Shown: in pieces, positions 7,844-18,233 of the stretch | Numbering within the stretch: position 1 is the stretch's first letter | Layout of the letters: each line of letters begins with the position of its first letter | NCBI GenBank assembly: GCA_963708075.1 | Contig: OY970194.1 | Location: 4,960,001 to 5,024,000, forward strand | DNA length: 64,000 bases | From: Sedimentisphaerales bacterium | GTDB taxonomy: Bacteria; Planctomycetota; Phycisphaerae; Sedimentisphaerales; Anaerobacaceae | Direction: 5' to 3' | Translations under genes and position numbers: made by a program | The notes under the pieces: model-generated | Database searches by the model: none | Told to the model about the DNA's origin: nothing | What the model saw: only the letters and a program-made list of their open reading frames with translations

Positions 7844-9238
7844 TCACCAATTGTCATGGTCTTCCAGCTTAATTCCTCTTGTGTCGTCCAAGTATGCGTC
7901 CACGTTGATGGGCCGGCCCTTGAACAGGATCTCGCGAGCGACAATCCACATCTGGCCAAGGATCAACCGGATCTCTTCCATCGGCGTCAGACAGGAAAGC
8001 GCCGCATAGTCGTTCCGTGCCCGTTGTGATTGCAGGATGAAGGAATGGGCCTTTATCGTCAGGCTGCCGTTGACCACCCACGGAGATTCAGACAGATTCA
8101 CAAAGACCATGTCGAACGGCAGCTTCCACGCCACGTGCTTTCGCCTGTCCACCGCCTTGCATCGTTGTCCCCCAAAGCGCAGTGCCTGCCTCGTCTCGAC
8201 AGAGACGATCCCCGACGCCGGAACGACAGGTAGTACGAGGCTGTTTTCATGGATGTTCACGGGCTGATCGCAAGACACACGCGGTGCCGGGCCCGACAGG
8301 GCGATCTGAACGTCACGAACGTCCTGCTCGTTCGTGTTAATGAGCCAGAACGCTTGCCGGTTGTGCGCGAGGAACAGGCCCTGCATCAATCGGAGCCGCC
8401 GCATGATGTGCGACACCGTATCGACGAGGATATCTGGATCGCCGGTGAGAGAATCGATTGCCGTTGTGAATCGCGGGTCAAGCTCCAGCGTGTGCGGGTC
8501 CGCGTACCGGTACAGGTACTGGTATAGAACCGTGAGGCCGTAGTTGCGTTTGAGCATCGCGCGAGCCTGCTCTGTGGCGCAGTCAATGATCCGCCGCTTC
8601 GTGGCGGCGAACCAGCCGTTGACGCAGGGCTTGCGGGGATCGAAGCAGGGCATGGATGGGTTGCGCTTCAGCGTGTCGATGGCGCGCGTCCGGAACAGCC
8701 GGACGTGGTTGATCGTTTTTTTGCAGATGTCGCCCCAGAAGAAGGGACTCGATTCGACCTCGCCGCTGCAGGTGTGCTTCGAGTAATGCGTCAGAAACCA
8801 TCGCAGTACCGGCAGCGATGTCACCTTGTCTTCCCAGTAGAGGTTGTCCGCGTTCTTGGAGTGGCAGATGAACGTGTCGGAGGGAGCGATGTTGCGTTCG
8901 AGGAAATCGAAGGCTTTGCGCGTGTATTCGCGCGGATTGTTGCCGGCGGAGGCCCCGTGAAGACAGACCTCAAAGCCGTGCTCGTGCAGCGTGCGGCAGT
9001 ACTCCAGGTATCGCGGGTCTTCCAGCGTGACCCCACGCAGGGCGGAGTCCGGCACAGGCGGGATGCCGCACCGGTCCGTCGGCTTGAACACCCAGACCGT
9101 CTTGGTCGTCCGGAAGTTCCGGGCCAGCAGGAAATCATAGACGGCCTTGACCTGCTCGAAGGTCGCTGCGTCGGTATCGTCCGTGATGCAGAAGCCTGCC
9201 TTGTACGGGTACGGCGGCCATACGAGCTTCGCCTTCAT
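7844..9238 (-). CDS. Hypothetical protein with polysaccharide deacetylase-like N-terminal domain
   Basis: PYPYKAGFCITDDTD and GFEVCLHG motifs; translationally coupled in the polysaccharide operon. Confidence 0.6.
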   Translation of the reverse strand: MKAKLVWPPYPYKAGFCITDDTDAATFEQVKAVYDFLLARNFRTTKTVWVFKPTDRCGIPPVPDSALRGVTLEDPRYLEYCRTLHEHGFEVCLHGASAGNNPREYTRKAFDFLERNIAPSDTFICHSKNADNLYWEDKVTSLPVLRWFLTHYSKHTCSGEVESSPFFWGDICKKTINHVRLFRTRAIDTLKRNPSMPCFDPRKPCVNGWFAATKRRIIDCATEQARAMLKRNYGLTVLYQYLYRYADPHTLELDPRFTTAIDSLTGDPDILVDTVSHIMRRLRLMQGLFLAHNRQAFWLINTNEQDVRDVQIALSGPAPRVSCDQPVNIHENSLVLPVVPASGIVSVETRQALRFGGQRCKAVDRRKHVAWKLPFDMVFVNLSESPWVVNGSLTIKAHSFILQSQRARNDYAALSCLTPMEEIRLILGQMWIVAREILFKGRPINVDAYLDDTRGIKLEDHDNW

Positions 9239-10011
9239 CAGTCCCTGACTCCCTTGACCATAATGATCCCGGCGAGTCGGCGAAGCGGGCCCAGCCGCTC
9301 GAACGTGACATCGACCGCCTTGAACAGGGGCAGCAAAGTCTCGGGCAGCCGCTTGGTCGTGAAGAGGAACTGCTTGACGTCCTCGACTCTGAACCCGGCG
9401 TTGGTGAAAAGCTGCACGGCCTGTGCTTTCGTGTAGAGCGTGTCATGAATATGCGGGGCGATGCCGAGAAGGCGCTTGATCGCGCCGTGCCAAGGCGAAT
9501 GCCGGTTGGGGAAATCGACGATGGCGACGCCGCCCGGTCGCAGCTTCCTGTGGATTGAATCCAACGCGGCTTGCGGATTCGGGCAGAAACGAATTGTGGA
9601 GAACGAGAGCACCACATCGAAGGCATCATCCGGCAGCATCGCGAGGCTCTCCGCGTCGTCCACGACAAAGGACACGTTCGTGATTCCGTAGTGCTTCAGC
9701 CGCTTCTCGGCCACGCAAATGCTGTCGGCCGACAGGTCCACGGCGGTCAGGTGCCTGAACTTGGCGGCCAGCAGCGAGGTCATGTGTCCGAAGCTGCAAC
9801 CGATCTCCAGGACCTTCGACTCATACGACGCCGATGTCCCGGCGAGCTTCAGGGCCTCCGTGACTTTCCGGTCGATGAAGTAGTGGGAAGCCCTGGATTC
9901 CGGCACCCGCGAGTTGCCGCCCGCGGAGAGCCATGCAGCGCTATTCAGCTCCCTGGCCTCGCTATCGTATTTGGCGAGCATATCCGCCTTGATCCTGGCC
10001 GACGTGTCCAT
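9238..10011 (-). CDS. Class I SAM-dependent methyltransferase
   Basis: VLEIGCSFG, AVDLS, FDVV, LRPGG motifs. Confidence 0.9.
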   Translation of the reverse strand: MDTSARIKADMLAKYDSEARELNSAAWLSAGGNSRVPESRASHYFIDRKVTEALKLAGTSASYESKVLEIGCSFGHMTSLLAAKFRHLTAVDLSADSICVAEKRLKHYGITNVSFVVDDAESLAMLPDDAFDVVLSFSTIRFCPNPQAALDSIHRKLRPGGVAIVDFPNRHSPWHGAIKRLLGIAPHIHDTLYTKAQAVQLFTNAGFRVEDVKQFLFTTKRLPETLLPLFKAVDVTFERLGPLRRLAGIIMVKGVRD

Positions 10012-11179
10012 TCCTTTGGTCCCTGGCAGAAATCACGCGTTCATACAGAGCCTTCTGCTGCCGTGCCACCGCGTCGACGGCAAATTCGGTCTCCACCCTG
10101 TGCCGGGCGGCCTGCACCATCTGCCGGACCTGCTCGTCCGGCATCCGCAGGTACGTTGTCACCGTGTCGGCGATAGCCTGCGGCTCGCGGGGCGGCACGA
10201 CAAATCCGGTCCGGCCGTGGAGCACCATCTCCGACACCGCCCCGACATCCGTCGCCACGACGGGCACCTTCATCGCCATCGCCTCCAGCAGCGCCACCGG
10301 ACAGGACTCCTCGATGGAAGCGAGCACGAAGACATCCAGGGCCGACAGGATCGCCGGGACATCCTCGCGAAAGCCCGTGAAGACGACATCCTGCTTCAAG
10401 CCGAGCTGCTCCGTCAACTGTTGCAGATGGTCCCAGTACCCGCCGTCGGTGTCGAGCCTTCGGCCGACGATCACGAATTTGGCGGCCGGGACCCGGCTCT
10501 TGATCCGGCCGGCAGCCTCGATGAAATACGTGAGTCCCTTGAAGCGGTTCACGTTGCGGATCGTACCGATCAGCGCGCAGTCGGCAGGGACACCCAGCCC
10601 CTGCCTGACTTTGCGGCGTAGCTCCGGGCCGCGCTCGTCCGGCGTGAACTTCTCCGTATCCGCACACGAGTGAAGCACGATGGTCTTGTCCCGCAGCTTC
10701 GGGTTGCCGGCGGTGTACTGCTTTTTGAGGCTCTCGCCCTGCACGAGGACCGTCGAGGACAGGCGGGTCATCAGAGGCATGAGCACCGGCCGCAGCGGGC
10801 GGGGCAGGTAGTCGTTGTAGAGCCAGACAATCGGCCGGCCCGTCAGCCGCGCCGCCAGCGCCGGCACAAAATTTGTCACGCCATCGACATGTACAATATC
10901 GATGTCATTGGCTTTGATGATCCGACACAGCCGCCACAGCGTGTACGGCAGCGTGGCACCGAAGACGAGCAGATGCGGGATCGCCCAGCGCCGCCGGAAG
11001 CACTGGATATGCCTGCAAGCGTAGGAGCGAAAGCCCTCGGGCTGCCAGGTCTCGCCGCCTTTGTAGCCGGTCAGGAAGATCGTCTCGATGTTGTACGCCC
11101 GCAACCGCCGCGCGACGGCATGTGCCCGCCGGTGGGGTCCGCCGCAACGATTGTCGAGGATGCAGTAGAGGACTTTCAT
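9962..11179 (-). CDS. Glycosyltransferase family 4
   Basis: KGLTYF, FTGFRED, EESCPVALLEAMA, VVATDVG. Confidence 0.9.
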   Translation of the reverse strand: MKVLYCILDNRCGGPHRRAHAVARRLRAYNIETIFLTGYKGGETWQPEGFRSYACRHIQCFRRRWAIPHLLVFGATLPYTLWRLCRIIKANDIDIVHVDGVTNFVPALAARLTGRPIVWLYNDYLPRPLRPVLMPLMTRLSSTVLVQGESLKKQYTAGNPKLRDKTIVLHSCADTEKFTPDERGPELRRKVRQGLGVPADCALIGTIRNVNRFKGLTYFIEAAGRIKSRVPAAKFVIVGRRLDTDGGYWDHLQQLTEQLGLKQDVVFTGFREDVPAILSALDVFVLASIEESCPVALLEAMAMKVPVVATDVGAVSEMVLHGRTGFVVPPREPQAIADTVTTYLRMPDEQVRQMVQAARHRVETEFAVDAVARQQKALYERVISARDQRNGHVGQDQGGYARQIR

Positions 11180-12582
11180 CGCTTGCCTGTCTCCTGATCG
11201 CCCGCGACAGGCACTGCGGCCCGCTGCCAGTGCCTGGGTTTCTTGAAATCAAGCCGCGGAACCTCATCGAGTGACATCGGCCTGGTCCGGCCGCTCTGTT
11301 CTACGTGGACTACGCTCAACCCGGCAAGGTCGGCGGCGAATCGCGATTTCCTGTGGGTCAGAGCGTGGTACACCATTGGGATTCGGGCGATGTTGTATCC
11401 AACAACGCGGGTCAGGACGGCATCGATGCACGCGGGGTTTTCGCCGCCAACCAGGAGGCCAGCCGATTTGGGCGAAGGCTTCACAGGTCCCTGTCCCTCG
11501 CCTGCGATGATGCCATCGACGACCGTGAGGATATGCCTGGGGGCCTTGGAGCCGAAATAGATTGCGTGGTTTAAGTCGAGGATCGTTCGCCAGAGGGTGT
11601 CGTTGCCGCTCCAACTGCCGCCTGAGATCATGCCGCCGCCGGCGCCAATCGCCGCGGCTTTGAGCATCCGGTGTGCGGTGGAATAAGCGATCCGCTTAGG
11701 GACAGACATTGTCGCGTAGGTCTCCCACCAGTCGTCGTACAGCCGGTCCGCCCATCGGGAGAACACGTTGCCCGTACAATAGCAGTCTCCACCCTCGAAG
11801 TAGGAGCCTCGGATATGGTGCGGCAGGGATTCTTTGGGGCCGCAGATTCCGACGAGGTTCTTCAACGCCCCGGTCAGGCCGGTCTTCATGTGCGTCTTGA
11901 GCTTCGGCAGGTTGATGAGCAGATCGGCATCGAGGACGCGCTTGACGAACAGGTACTTGTGTCGGCCGGGGCCATGGTGGGCGAGCATCAGGCTCGGCTT
12001 GTACATCGTTACCCGGAAGTCCTTCGCGTAGTCACCGATCTCTTCGAGAAAACTGTCCCGGCCGAGATCCATGGACTGGTACTCCCCATCATCCTTGCCC
12101 ACCTGCGGCGAGATGGGACAGCCGGTCATTTTGCCCTGCAGTTGGAGGACCGTCGAACGCCAGTCCTGCACCTCGATCTTCAACGCAGGATACTCGCGCT
12201 TCACCATCTCCAGCAGTTCGCTCATTCGGCTGAGCCGCAGGAGCGCCTCGAAATTGCAGCCCTGAAGCGGCGAGTCTCCGATGATAATCGTGCCCGTCCC
12301 TTGCATCGCCGCCGCACACGCATAGATCATGTGCCGGATCAGGGACGTGTGCGTCACGAGGGACTCAATGCTGTAACCGAGGGGATTGTGATCCATCACC
12401 CAGTTGGGCTTGATGACGGCGGTGCCGCCGGGGTTAAGCCATTGCCTGAAGGGATTATCCGGGTCACAGCCCCACGCCGACCACAGCCGCCGCAGCGCGA
12501 GCAGGACGGGATCGTCGGCCTTGTCGTATGGGAACGATTCATAGGCCGGCTCTGCGAGCACCATGTAAACCTCGGACCTCAT
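11176..12582 (-). CDS. DUF362 family protein (polysaccharide-cluster type)
   Basis: VIKPNWV, INLPKLKTH, TGALKNLVG, VDGIIAGEGQGP; start at 12582 inferred (ORF open to 12705). Confidence 0.8.
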   Translation of the reverse strand: MRSEVYMVLAEPAYESFPYDKADDPVLLALRRLWSAWGCDPDNPFRQWLNPGGTAVIKPNWVMDHNPLGYSIESLVTHTSLIRHMIYACAAAMQGTGTIIIGDSPLQGCNFEALLRLSRMSELLEMVKREYPALKIEVQDWRSTVLQLQGKMTGCPISPQVGKDDGEYQSMDLGRDSFLEEIGDYAKDFRVTMYKPSLMLAHHGPGRHKYLFVKRVLDADLLINLPKLKTHMKTGLTGALKNLVGICGPKESLPHHIRGSYFEGGDCYCTGNVFSRWADRLYDDWWETYATMSVPKRIAYSTAHRMLKAAAIGAGGGMISGGSWSGNDTLWRTILDLNHAIYFGSKAPRHILTVVDGIIAGEGQGPVKPSPKSAGLLVGGENPACIDAVLTRVVGYNIARIPMVYHALTHRKSRFAADLAGLSVVHVEQSGRTRPMSLDEVPRLDFKKPRHWQRAAVPVAGDQETGKR

Positions 12583-12760
12583 CGAGCATCCCCTCTCAGG
12601 TCGAGCGTACCCCCGAAGAACAGGCCACAGCAGGGAGGATCGAACCGTTCCCGGCCCCCACCATGATGCAGCATCAGGTCCCCAAGGTACGCTCTGTCGC
12701 GACAACTGGATAGATGCGCCCGAGTATAATCATGGAACCTGCAATCGATGGGTGAGGAAT

Positions 12761-13675
12761 TTACTCATTTGGCAGCCGCAGCATATCTCCAAGGACATTG
12801 AGGAAGTCACGAGTATAGTAGGTGATGAAACCGGCGGCGGGAGTGAACGTCAGTTCTCCGAAGATGGGATTGCCACTGACTTCATATAGATCGACACGCA
12901 CAAAGGGAAACGGCCGCGAGAGGTCCCTGGCTATTTCCAACATCGTTGCATAGGAGCGCGGCTTCGGTATGTCTATGCCGGTGCGTTCCCCCTCGACCAG
13001 GTACTCATCGCGCGTGTTCCAGTCGAGATCGTATACGACTTTGGATACGTGCCCTCCAATGACTCTATTGCACAACACCAGGCAAAACGCCGGTTCCCCA
13101 TGGAAGCAGTGGAATTTGTAGTCGATCAATGATGTCGATAGCCCCCCATCCTGCTCCAGGTATCGTTCCGCCAATATGCGTGGCGTCATCCGCCTGTAGT
13201 ACGGTTCTGCCGTAACGACTCCAAATGGCGTTCGCAGCCAGTGCTCCAACTGTCTGCGAGTGTCGGCGATATCCAGAGCAGCTTTGTCTTTGACGAGAAT
13301 TACGGCCGCACTCGCGTTGTTGGCCTTAAGAACAAAGGATGCGGGCAATACACTGAAATCGATGTCCTTTGCCCGCGAATACACGCCAAACAGCTCATTC
13401 AGCATGCTTGCGTAGCCGTACTCTCGAACGTAGTCCCGCACTTTCACTTTGTCCGCCAGTTCCACCCATCGCGACGTGTCGGATCGGAACTTCATCCATT
13501 GTATTTTCGCGTTGAAATCTCTTGGGGCATTGAGGTCCAATGCATGCCCGGCCACCCTTCGATAGCGATAGGCCGCCACTGCCTCGGGGCCTATGATTCC
13601 CAGCGCACAGGTCCGGGCTCTGCACATCCCGTTGTGCAGCCATCTGCCGGTTGCTTTGTAAGCTGTACGGATCAT
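12761..13675 (-). CDS. TupA-like ATP-grasp protein
   Basis: FNAKIQW.K, LADKVKVRDYV, FVLKANN, DYKFHCFHG, FVRVDLY, FGELTFTPAAG. Confidence 0.85.
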   Translation of the reverse strand: MIRTAYKATGRWLHNGMCRARTCALGIIGPEAVAAYRYRRVAGHALDLNAPRDFNAKIQWMKFRSDTSRWVELADKVKVRDYVREYGYASMLNELFGVYSRAKDIDFSVLPASFVLKANNASAAVILVKDKAALDIADTRRQLEHWLRTPFGVVTAEPYYRRMTPRILAERYLEQDGGLSTSLIDYKFHCFHGEPAFCLVLCNRVIGGHVSKVVYDLDWNTRDEYLVEGERTGIDIPKPRSYATMLEIARDLSRPFPFVRVDLYEVSGNPIFGELTFTPAAGFITYYTRDFLNVLGDMLRLPNE

Positions 13676-14913
13676 TTCGTAGTCGTATCGTCTTTGGGTA
13701 GTCCGTAACGCAGGAAGAGAAAGCCGAACAGAATCTGTAAGTACACCTGGTTCGAGAACAGGAAATAGTTGTAGAAGGAAAAGAGGATGAATACCAGCAA
13801 CACCAGGTAAAGGTTGAGGTAAGGAAACCAGGAGGCGGCCCGAGCCCGCAACATGGAGACTGCCAGGCCGAGCGCGTAGGGCGCCGCCACCACGCCGACC
13901 ATGCCGAAGTCCTCGTAGAAGTTCCGCAGGTAGGTGTACACGTTCGCCAGGTACGGGACCAGGACGAATTCACCGAAGACGGAGATGTCGGTCTCGGGCG
14001 CCAGGTGGAACCGGTAGAGCCATTTGTAGAACGGGAAGAACATGTATTGCCCAAGATGGTAGCGGCCATCAAAGGTGGTGAGGAATTCGTTGAATGCTGC
14101 CAGCGGTGAGGCCAGGTACCAGAAGAGATGATAGACGAAGCCCTGGAGGCGGTCGGGCCGGTCATACTCGGCGCTCTTGCGAAGCAGCAGGTCGATGATA
14201 AAGAACAGCACGACCACAGCCGCCAGCGGAAGCAACAGGGTGAGGGCAGAATGTCCCGCGGCCGGGCGGCGATCCAAGCCGCGAACGAAGCAGTACGCGA
14301 ACACCATGTACACGATGTTGACCGTGGCCTCCTGGCGGCTGACGCTGGTCAGGCCGATGGCCAGCGTGATCAGCAGGAAGCCCACCAGATAGAAGTACTT
14401 CCGGCGGCTGGTGTCTACGTGCAGGAGCACACCCAGCAGTACGAACCCAAGGGAGAACACGCTGCTCGTGATCGAATTCAGCATCACGACCCAACTGGTC
14501 TCGAACACGCCGGCGGTGACAAACATCGCGAATCCGTCGCGAAGCATACCCGGATGGGTCAGCAGCTCGGGAACGCTCGTGCCGAGGCTCGAAGCGATGG
14601 CCGCGGTCCGGTACAATGCCAGCGCCAGTGCAAGCAGTCCCATGAGGGCCGCGAGCGGGAGTATGCGCATGATTCGTTCGGGGCTGAGGCCTCGGGCCGG
14701 GGACACAGGCTCGACCGGCGGAAGGAACCGCCGGAACGCTGCCCAGGTCAGGTAGCCCAGCGAGAAACCGCCCACGTTCAGCAGCACCGCCGCCCAGAGG
14801 AGCGACGCAGGGGCTGGGAACGTCCCCGCGTACACGCCGCCCAAGTACAGGGCGACCGCCGTCCCCCAGACGGATAGAAACAGCACCAGCGGGTTCATGA
14901 GGTATCGAATCAT
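13672..14913 (-). CDS. wzy: O-antigen/oligosaccharide repeat-unit polymerase (Wzy-like)
   Basis: About 10-11 TM segments; NVYTYLRNFYEDFG motif; operon context. Confidence 0.7.
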   Translation of the reverse strand: MIRYLMNPLVLFLSVWGTAVALYLGGVYAGTFPAPASLLWAAVLLNVGGFSLGYLTWAAFRRFLPPVEPVSPARGLSPERIMRILPLAALMGLLALALALYRTAAIASSLGTSVPELLTHPGMLRDGFAMFVTAGVFETSWVVMLNSITSSVFSLGFVLLGVLLHVDTSRRKYFYLVGFLLITLAIGLTSVSRQEATVNIVYMVFAYCFVRGLDRRPAAGHSALTLLLPLAAVVVLFFIIDLLLRKSAEYDRPDRLQGFVYHLFWYLASPLAAFNEFLTTFDGRYHLGQYMFFPFYKWLYRFHLAPETDISVFGEFVLVPYLANVYTYLRNFYEDFGMVGVVAAPYALGLAVSMLRARAASWFPYLNLYLVLLVFILFSFYNYFLFSNQVYLQILFGFLFLRYGLPKDDTTTK

Positions 14914-15848
14914 CCGGCCAGATCATCCCTCTTGCCGAGGCGTCCGGTGAGCCCGTCGGCGATCGCGCGAAGCATCAGCCTCATTCCCGCCCTGCCGTGG
15001 CGAAGCCCCAGAATAAGACCCGTGAGAGTCAGTTTGAAGTTCCGCAGCGCGGCGTGCTTGAAATGCCGGTTTACGATGAAGGTGTTGCGGATAGTGTAAT
15101 ACTGCCTCGATCCGAACGCCCCCGGCTGCTGCCTTGGGTGATAGACCCTGCTATCCACGACAGTGTACAGGCGGAACCTTTTGGCCGCCCGGAATTGGAA
15201 GTCCGTTTCATCGCCGTAAATGAAGAACTCCCTGCGGGGCAAGCCCACCTCCTCCACCACCCGGGCGGGCACGAACGTCCCATTGAACGGGCAGATCCAG
15301 CGATAGAGTCCGTCGTGTACCTTGTCCGATACTTCGCTGAGCCGCCAGTGAAAGGCCCCCATCCTCGGAGAGCCACTGGCCGACATTTCGCGCAGCGGGA
15401 ACGCAAGCGCGTCGCCATCCTGCTCGTCGCGGGCAAGCACCAGCGAATTCAGGGTGAAGGGCTCACCCTGTGCGGCCATCAGCTCCTCCTTCTTTCGGAC
15501 GAGCGTGTCGAGCGCATCCGGCGCTGCCAGCACATCATCATCCATCAGCCACAGCCAGTCGAAGCCCGCTCCCGCAGCGCGCTCCATGCCCTCCGCGAAG
15601 CCCCCGGCGCCGCCTGCATTCTCCGGCATTTGAACGTAGTGCACCGCCGTGTGATTGTCGGCTGGAGACATCAATCCCCGGGCGAGCAGATACTCATGCG
15701 TTCCGTCGGTGGAGGCGTTGTCGATGATGTACAGCCCATCGAGCGGACGGCTCTGGCCAAGCAGCGAGTCCAGGCACTCGCCCAGCAACCGCTTGCGGTT
15801 GTACGTCACCACGATGGCGGCAATCCTCTCTGGCTTGTTCTCAGGCAC
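14910..15848 (-). CDS. GT2 glycosyltransferase, probable galactofuranosyltransferase
   Basis: VVTYNRK, IDNASTDGT, N.GGAGGF, WLMDDD, FFIYGDE; adjacent to glf. Confidence 0.8.
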   Translation of the reverse strand: MPENKPERIAAIVVTYNRKRLLGECLDSLLGQSRPLDGLYIIDNASTDGTHEYLLARGLMSPADNHTAVHYVQMPENAGGAGGFAEGMERAAGAGFDWLWLMDDDVLAAPDALDTLVRKKEELMAAQGEPFTLNSLVLARDEQDGDALAFPLREMSASGSPRMGAFHWRLSEVSDKVHDGLYRWICPFNGTFVPARVVEEVGLPRREFFIYGDETDFQFRAAKRFRLYTVVDSRVYHPRQQPGAFGSRQYYTIRNTFIVNRHFKHAALRNFKLTLTGLILGLRHGRAGMRLMLRAIADGLTGRLGKRDDLAG

Positions 15849-16938
15849 GGTCCTGAATCTCCCGAAAGACGTTCAACGCTCGCTCGACAACCTCGTCCAT
15901 ATTCAGATACTGGTACTGGGCCAGCCTGCCGACAAAGTGCGTGTCATCCAGCCTGTCCGCGTCAGCCCTGTAGCGGGCGTAGAGCGCGTGGTTGGCCGGC
16001 GTAGGTATGGGGTAACAGGCGGGCCCTTCCTCGCTGCCGTACTCGTAGCAGATCGTCGTCTGCGGATTCTGCTGCAGATACAACTGCTTGAATTCGGTGA
16101 TCCGTGTGTACTCCTGGTGGTTGGGATAGTTGACCACGGCAGCATTCTGAAAGCGTTCGACGGGCAGGGTCTCGAATCGGAACTCAAGGCCTCTGTACGG
16201 CAACCGGCCGTACCGCCAGTTGAAGAATTCGTCGATCGCGCCGGTGAAGATACACCCCGCGGCATCGACCGATCCCGCGACGTCCCGGTAGTCCGTCTCC
16301 AGGCGAACCTCGATGTCCCGGCTGTCCAGCATCCGCTCGAACATCCGCGTGTAGCCCTCTGTGGGTAGGCCCTGCCAGGCGTCCGTGAAGTACCGTGTGT
16401 CCCGGTCAAAGCGTACCGGCAGCCGGCCCGTCACCTGCGGATCGAGTTGCTCCGGGTACAGATCCCACTGCTTCTTCGTGTAGTTTCGGAACAGCAATTC
16501 GTAAAGTTCCGTGCCGACCTGCGAGACCACCACGTCCCGCGCGTTCTCGATCCGGGCGAGCCTGACCCTTCGCTGCTCGAAGTACTCCCGCATCTCCTCG
16601 GCCGTGAATGTCCGCTCGCAGAGCCGCTCCATCGTGTCGAGGTTGATGGGCAGGTACACCCGCTTTGTCCCGAGGTTGGCGAGCACGCGGTGCACGTAGC
16701 CGTTCCATTCCGTGAACTGCGAAAGATAGTCCCACACGGCCCTATTGTTCGTGTGAAAGATATGCGGCCCGTACCGCTGGACGAGCAGGCCGTGGTCGTC
16801 GCGAAAATCGTACGCGTTTCCGCCGATGTGGTTGCGGCGCTCGACGAGCAGGACCCGCTTGTGCAGAGCGTTGGCCAGCCGCTCCGCGAGCACGCATCCG
16901 GCAAAGCCGGTCCCGACGATGAGATAATCATACCTCAC
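15841..16938 (-). CDS. glf: UDP-galactopyranose mutase
   Basis: IVG.GFAG, HIGGNAYD, YGPHIFHT, YTKKQW, GRLAQYQYLNMD. Confidence 0.95.
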   Translation of the reverse strand: MRYDYLIVGTGFAGCVLAERLANALHKRVLLVERRNHIGGNAYDFRDDHGLLVQRYGPHIFHTNNRAVWDYLSQFTEWNGYVHRVLANLGTKRVYLPINLDTMERLCERTFTAEEMREYFEQRRVRLARIENARDVVVSQVGTELYELLFRNYTKKQWDLYPEQLDPQVTGRLPVRFDRDTRYFTDAWQGLPTEGYTRMFERMLDSRDIEVRLETDYRDVAGSVDAAGCIFTGAIDEFFNWRYGRLPYRGLEFRFETLPVERFQNAAVVNYPNHQEYTRITEFKQLYLQQNPQTTICYEYGSEEGPACYPIPTPANHALYARYRADADRLDDTHFVGRLAQYQYLNMDEVVERALNVFREIQDRA

Positions 16939-18229
16939 GCCGCTCCTCCCCGGCTTTCGGCCGAAAGACATTGATGCCGTGGCTTCGCAGGACCAGGAAC
17001 ATCCACACTGTGACGAGCGTCTCCGTCAGCAGCGCCGTGGCCGAGATCCCGATCTGCTGAAACGGCACGACCAGAGCCACAGCCAGAATGATATTGAAGA
17101 AGCCGGCCGCCGTCAGGATTCGCGTCATGGCGCGCTTGAGCCCGAAGTTAACCATGACCTGCACGCCCAGGATGTTGCTCAGACCGATGATGAACGGCAG
17201 GAAGGACAGGATCCGGATCACGGGCACGCCCGGCGCGAACTTCTCCCCGAGAGCGACGCGTGCGATGAGCGGAGCGGCGATGAACAAGCCCACGGACAGC
17301 GCGAGGGTAAGGATGCTGACAAGCCAGACCACCCGCGAGATAAACGCCAGGGCCGCCTGCCTCGACTGGGAGGCCAGCTTGGCGATATGCGGGAAGATCG
17401 CCTGCGACAGGGGGAGTTGCAGGCCCTGGACCGCCCGCGCAATCTTGTCACCTGCGGCATAGTAGGCGACGGACGCATTGCCCGCAAACAGGCCCAGAAT
17501 GACGATATTGCTCGTCGTATAAAGCGTGGTGGCCATCCGCGACACGAAGATGTGCCAGCCGTTCTTGAACTCTCGTACGAGCGCGGCCACCGGCGGAATG
17601 TAGAAACGGATGGGAAACACGCGAAACGCCACGATCAGCGAGATCAGCCCCACGCCAATGACGGTCAGGGACTGGAACGCGGGGACATAGAGGTAATCCT
17701 CCGGACCCCTCACAAAGAGAAATACCAGGACGATGAACAGCAGCCTGGCGATGACATTGGTGATGGCGACGAGCTTCATCCGCTCCATGCCCTGGAAGAG
17801 CCAGGCGGGCAGGAGCCACTGGCCGATCACGGTCCCAAAGGCAAGCAGGTACACTGCCCAGTCGGCACGGAGCCTGGGCACGGCCACGATGATGATTCCC
17901 AGCGCCACCAGGCTCAAGACTACCAGCAGGCAGCGCAGCAGCATGACGGCCGAGAAGACCTCCGAGACCTTTGCCGGGTCCTCCCGGTTCATGGCGATCT
18001 CGCGCGTCGCCGAGAGGCTGAACCCGTAGTCGGTCAGCGTCAGGAAATAGATGCTCACGGCCCGGGCAAACTCGACCAGCCCATACCGCGAGTCGCCCAG
18101 CACCCGGAACAGATACGGCAGAATGATCACCGGCACCAGGTAATTGCTGGCCTGGACGATCGACAGGGCCACAAAGTTGCTCAGAACCCTGCGGTTGCGT
18201 CCCCAGGTGGCTTTGATCTCTTGTAACAT
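16928..18229 (-). CDS. wzx: O-antigen flippase (Wzx)
   Basis: About 12 TM segments; PYL.RVLG..YG, DYGFSLSATREIA, WLFQGME. Confidence 0.9.
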   Translation of the reverse strand: MLQEIKATWGRNRRVLSNFVALSIVQASNYLVPVIILPYLFRVLGDSRYGLVEFARAVSIYFLTLTDYGFSLSATREIAMNREDPAKVSEVFSAVMLLRCLLVVLSLVALGIIIVAVPRLRADWAVYLLAFGTVIGQWLLPAWLFQGMERMKLVAITNVIARLLFIVLVFLFVRGPEDYLYVPAFQSLTVIGVGLISLIVAFRVFPIRFYIPPVAALVREFKNGWHIFVSRMATTLYTTSNIVILGLFAGNASVAYYAAGDKIARAVQGLQLPLSQAIFPHIAKLASQSRQAALAFISRVVWLVSILTLALSVGLFIAAPLIARVALGEKFAPGVPVIRILSFLPFIIGLSNILGVQVMVNFGLKRAMTRILTAAGFFNIILAVALVVPFQQIGISATALLTETLVTVWMFLVLRSHGINVFRPKAGEERREV

Positions 18230-18233
18230 CTTT

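Noticed and set aside
12715..12735. TATAAT on the plus strand as an antisense promoter in the glycan operon
   Set aside because: No convincing -35 element; could be chance in a locally AT-richer patch.
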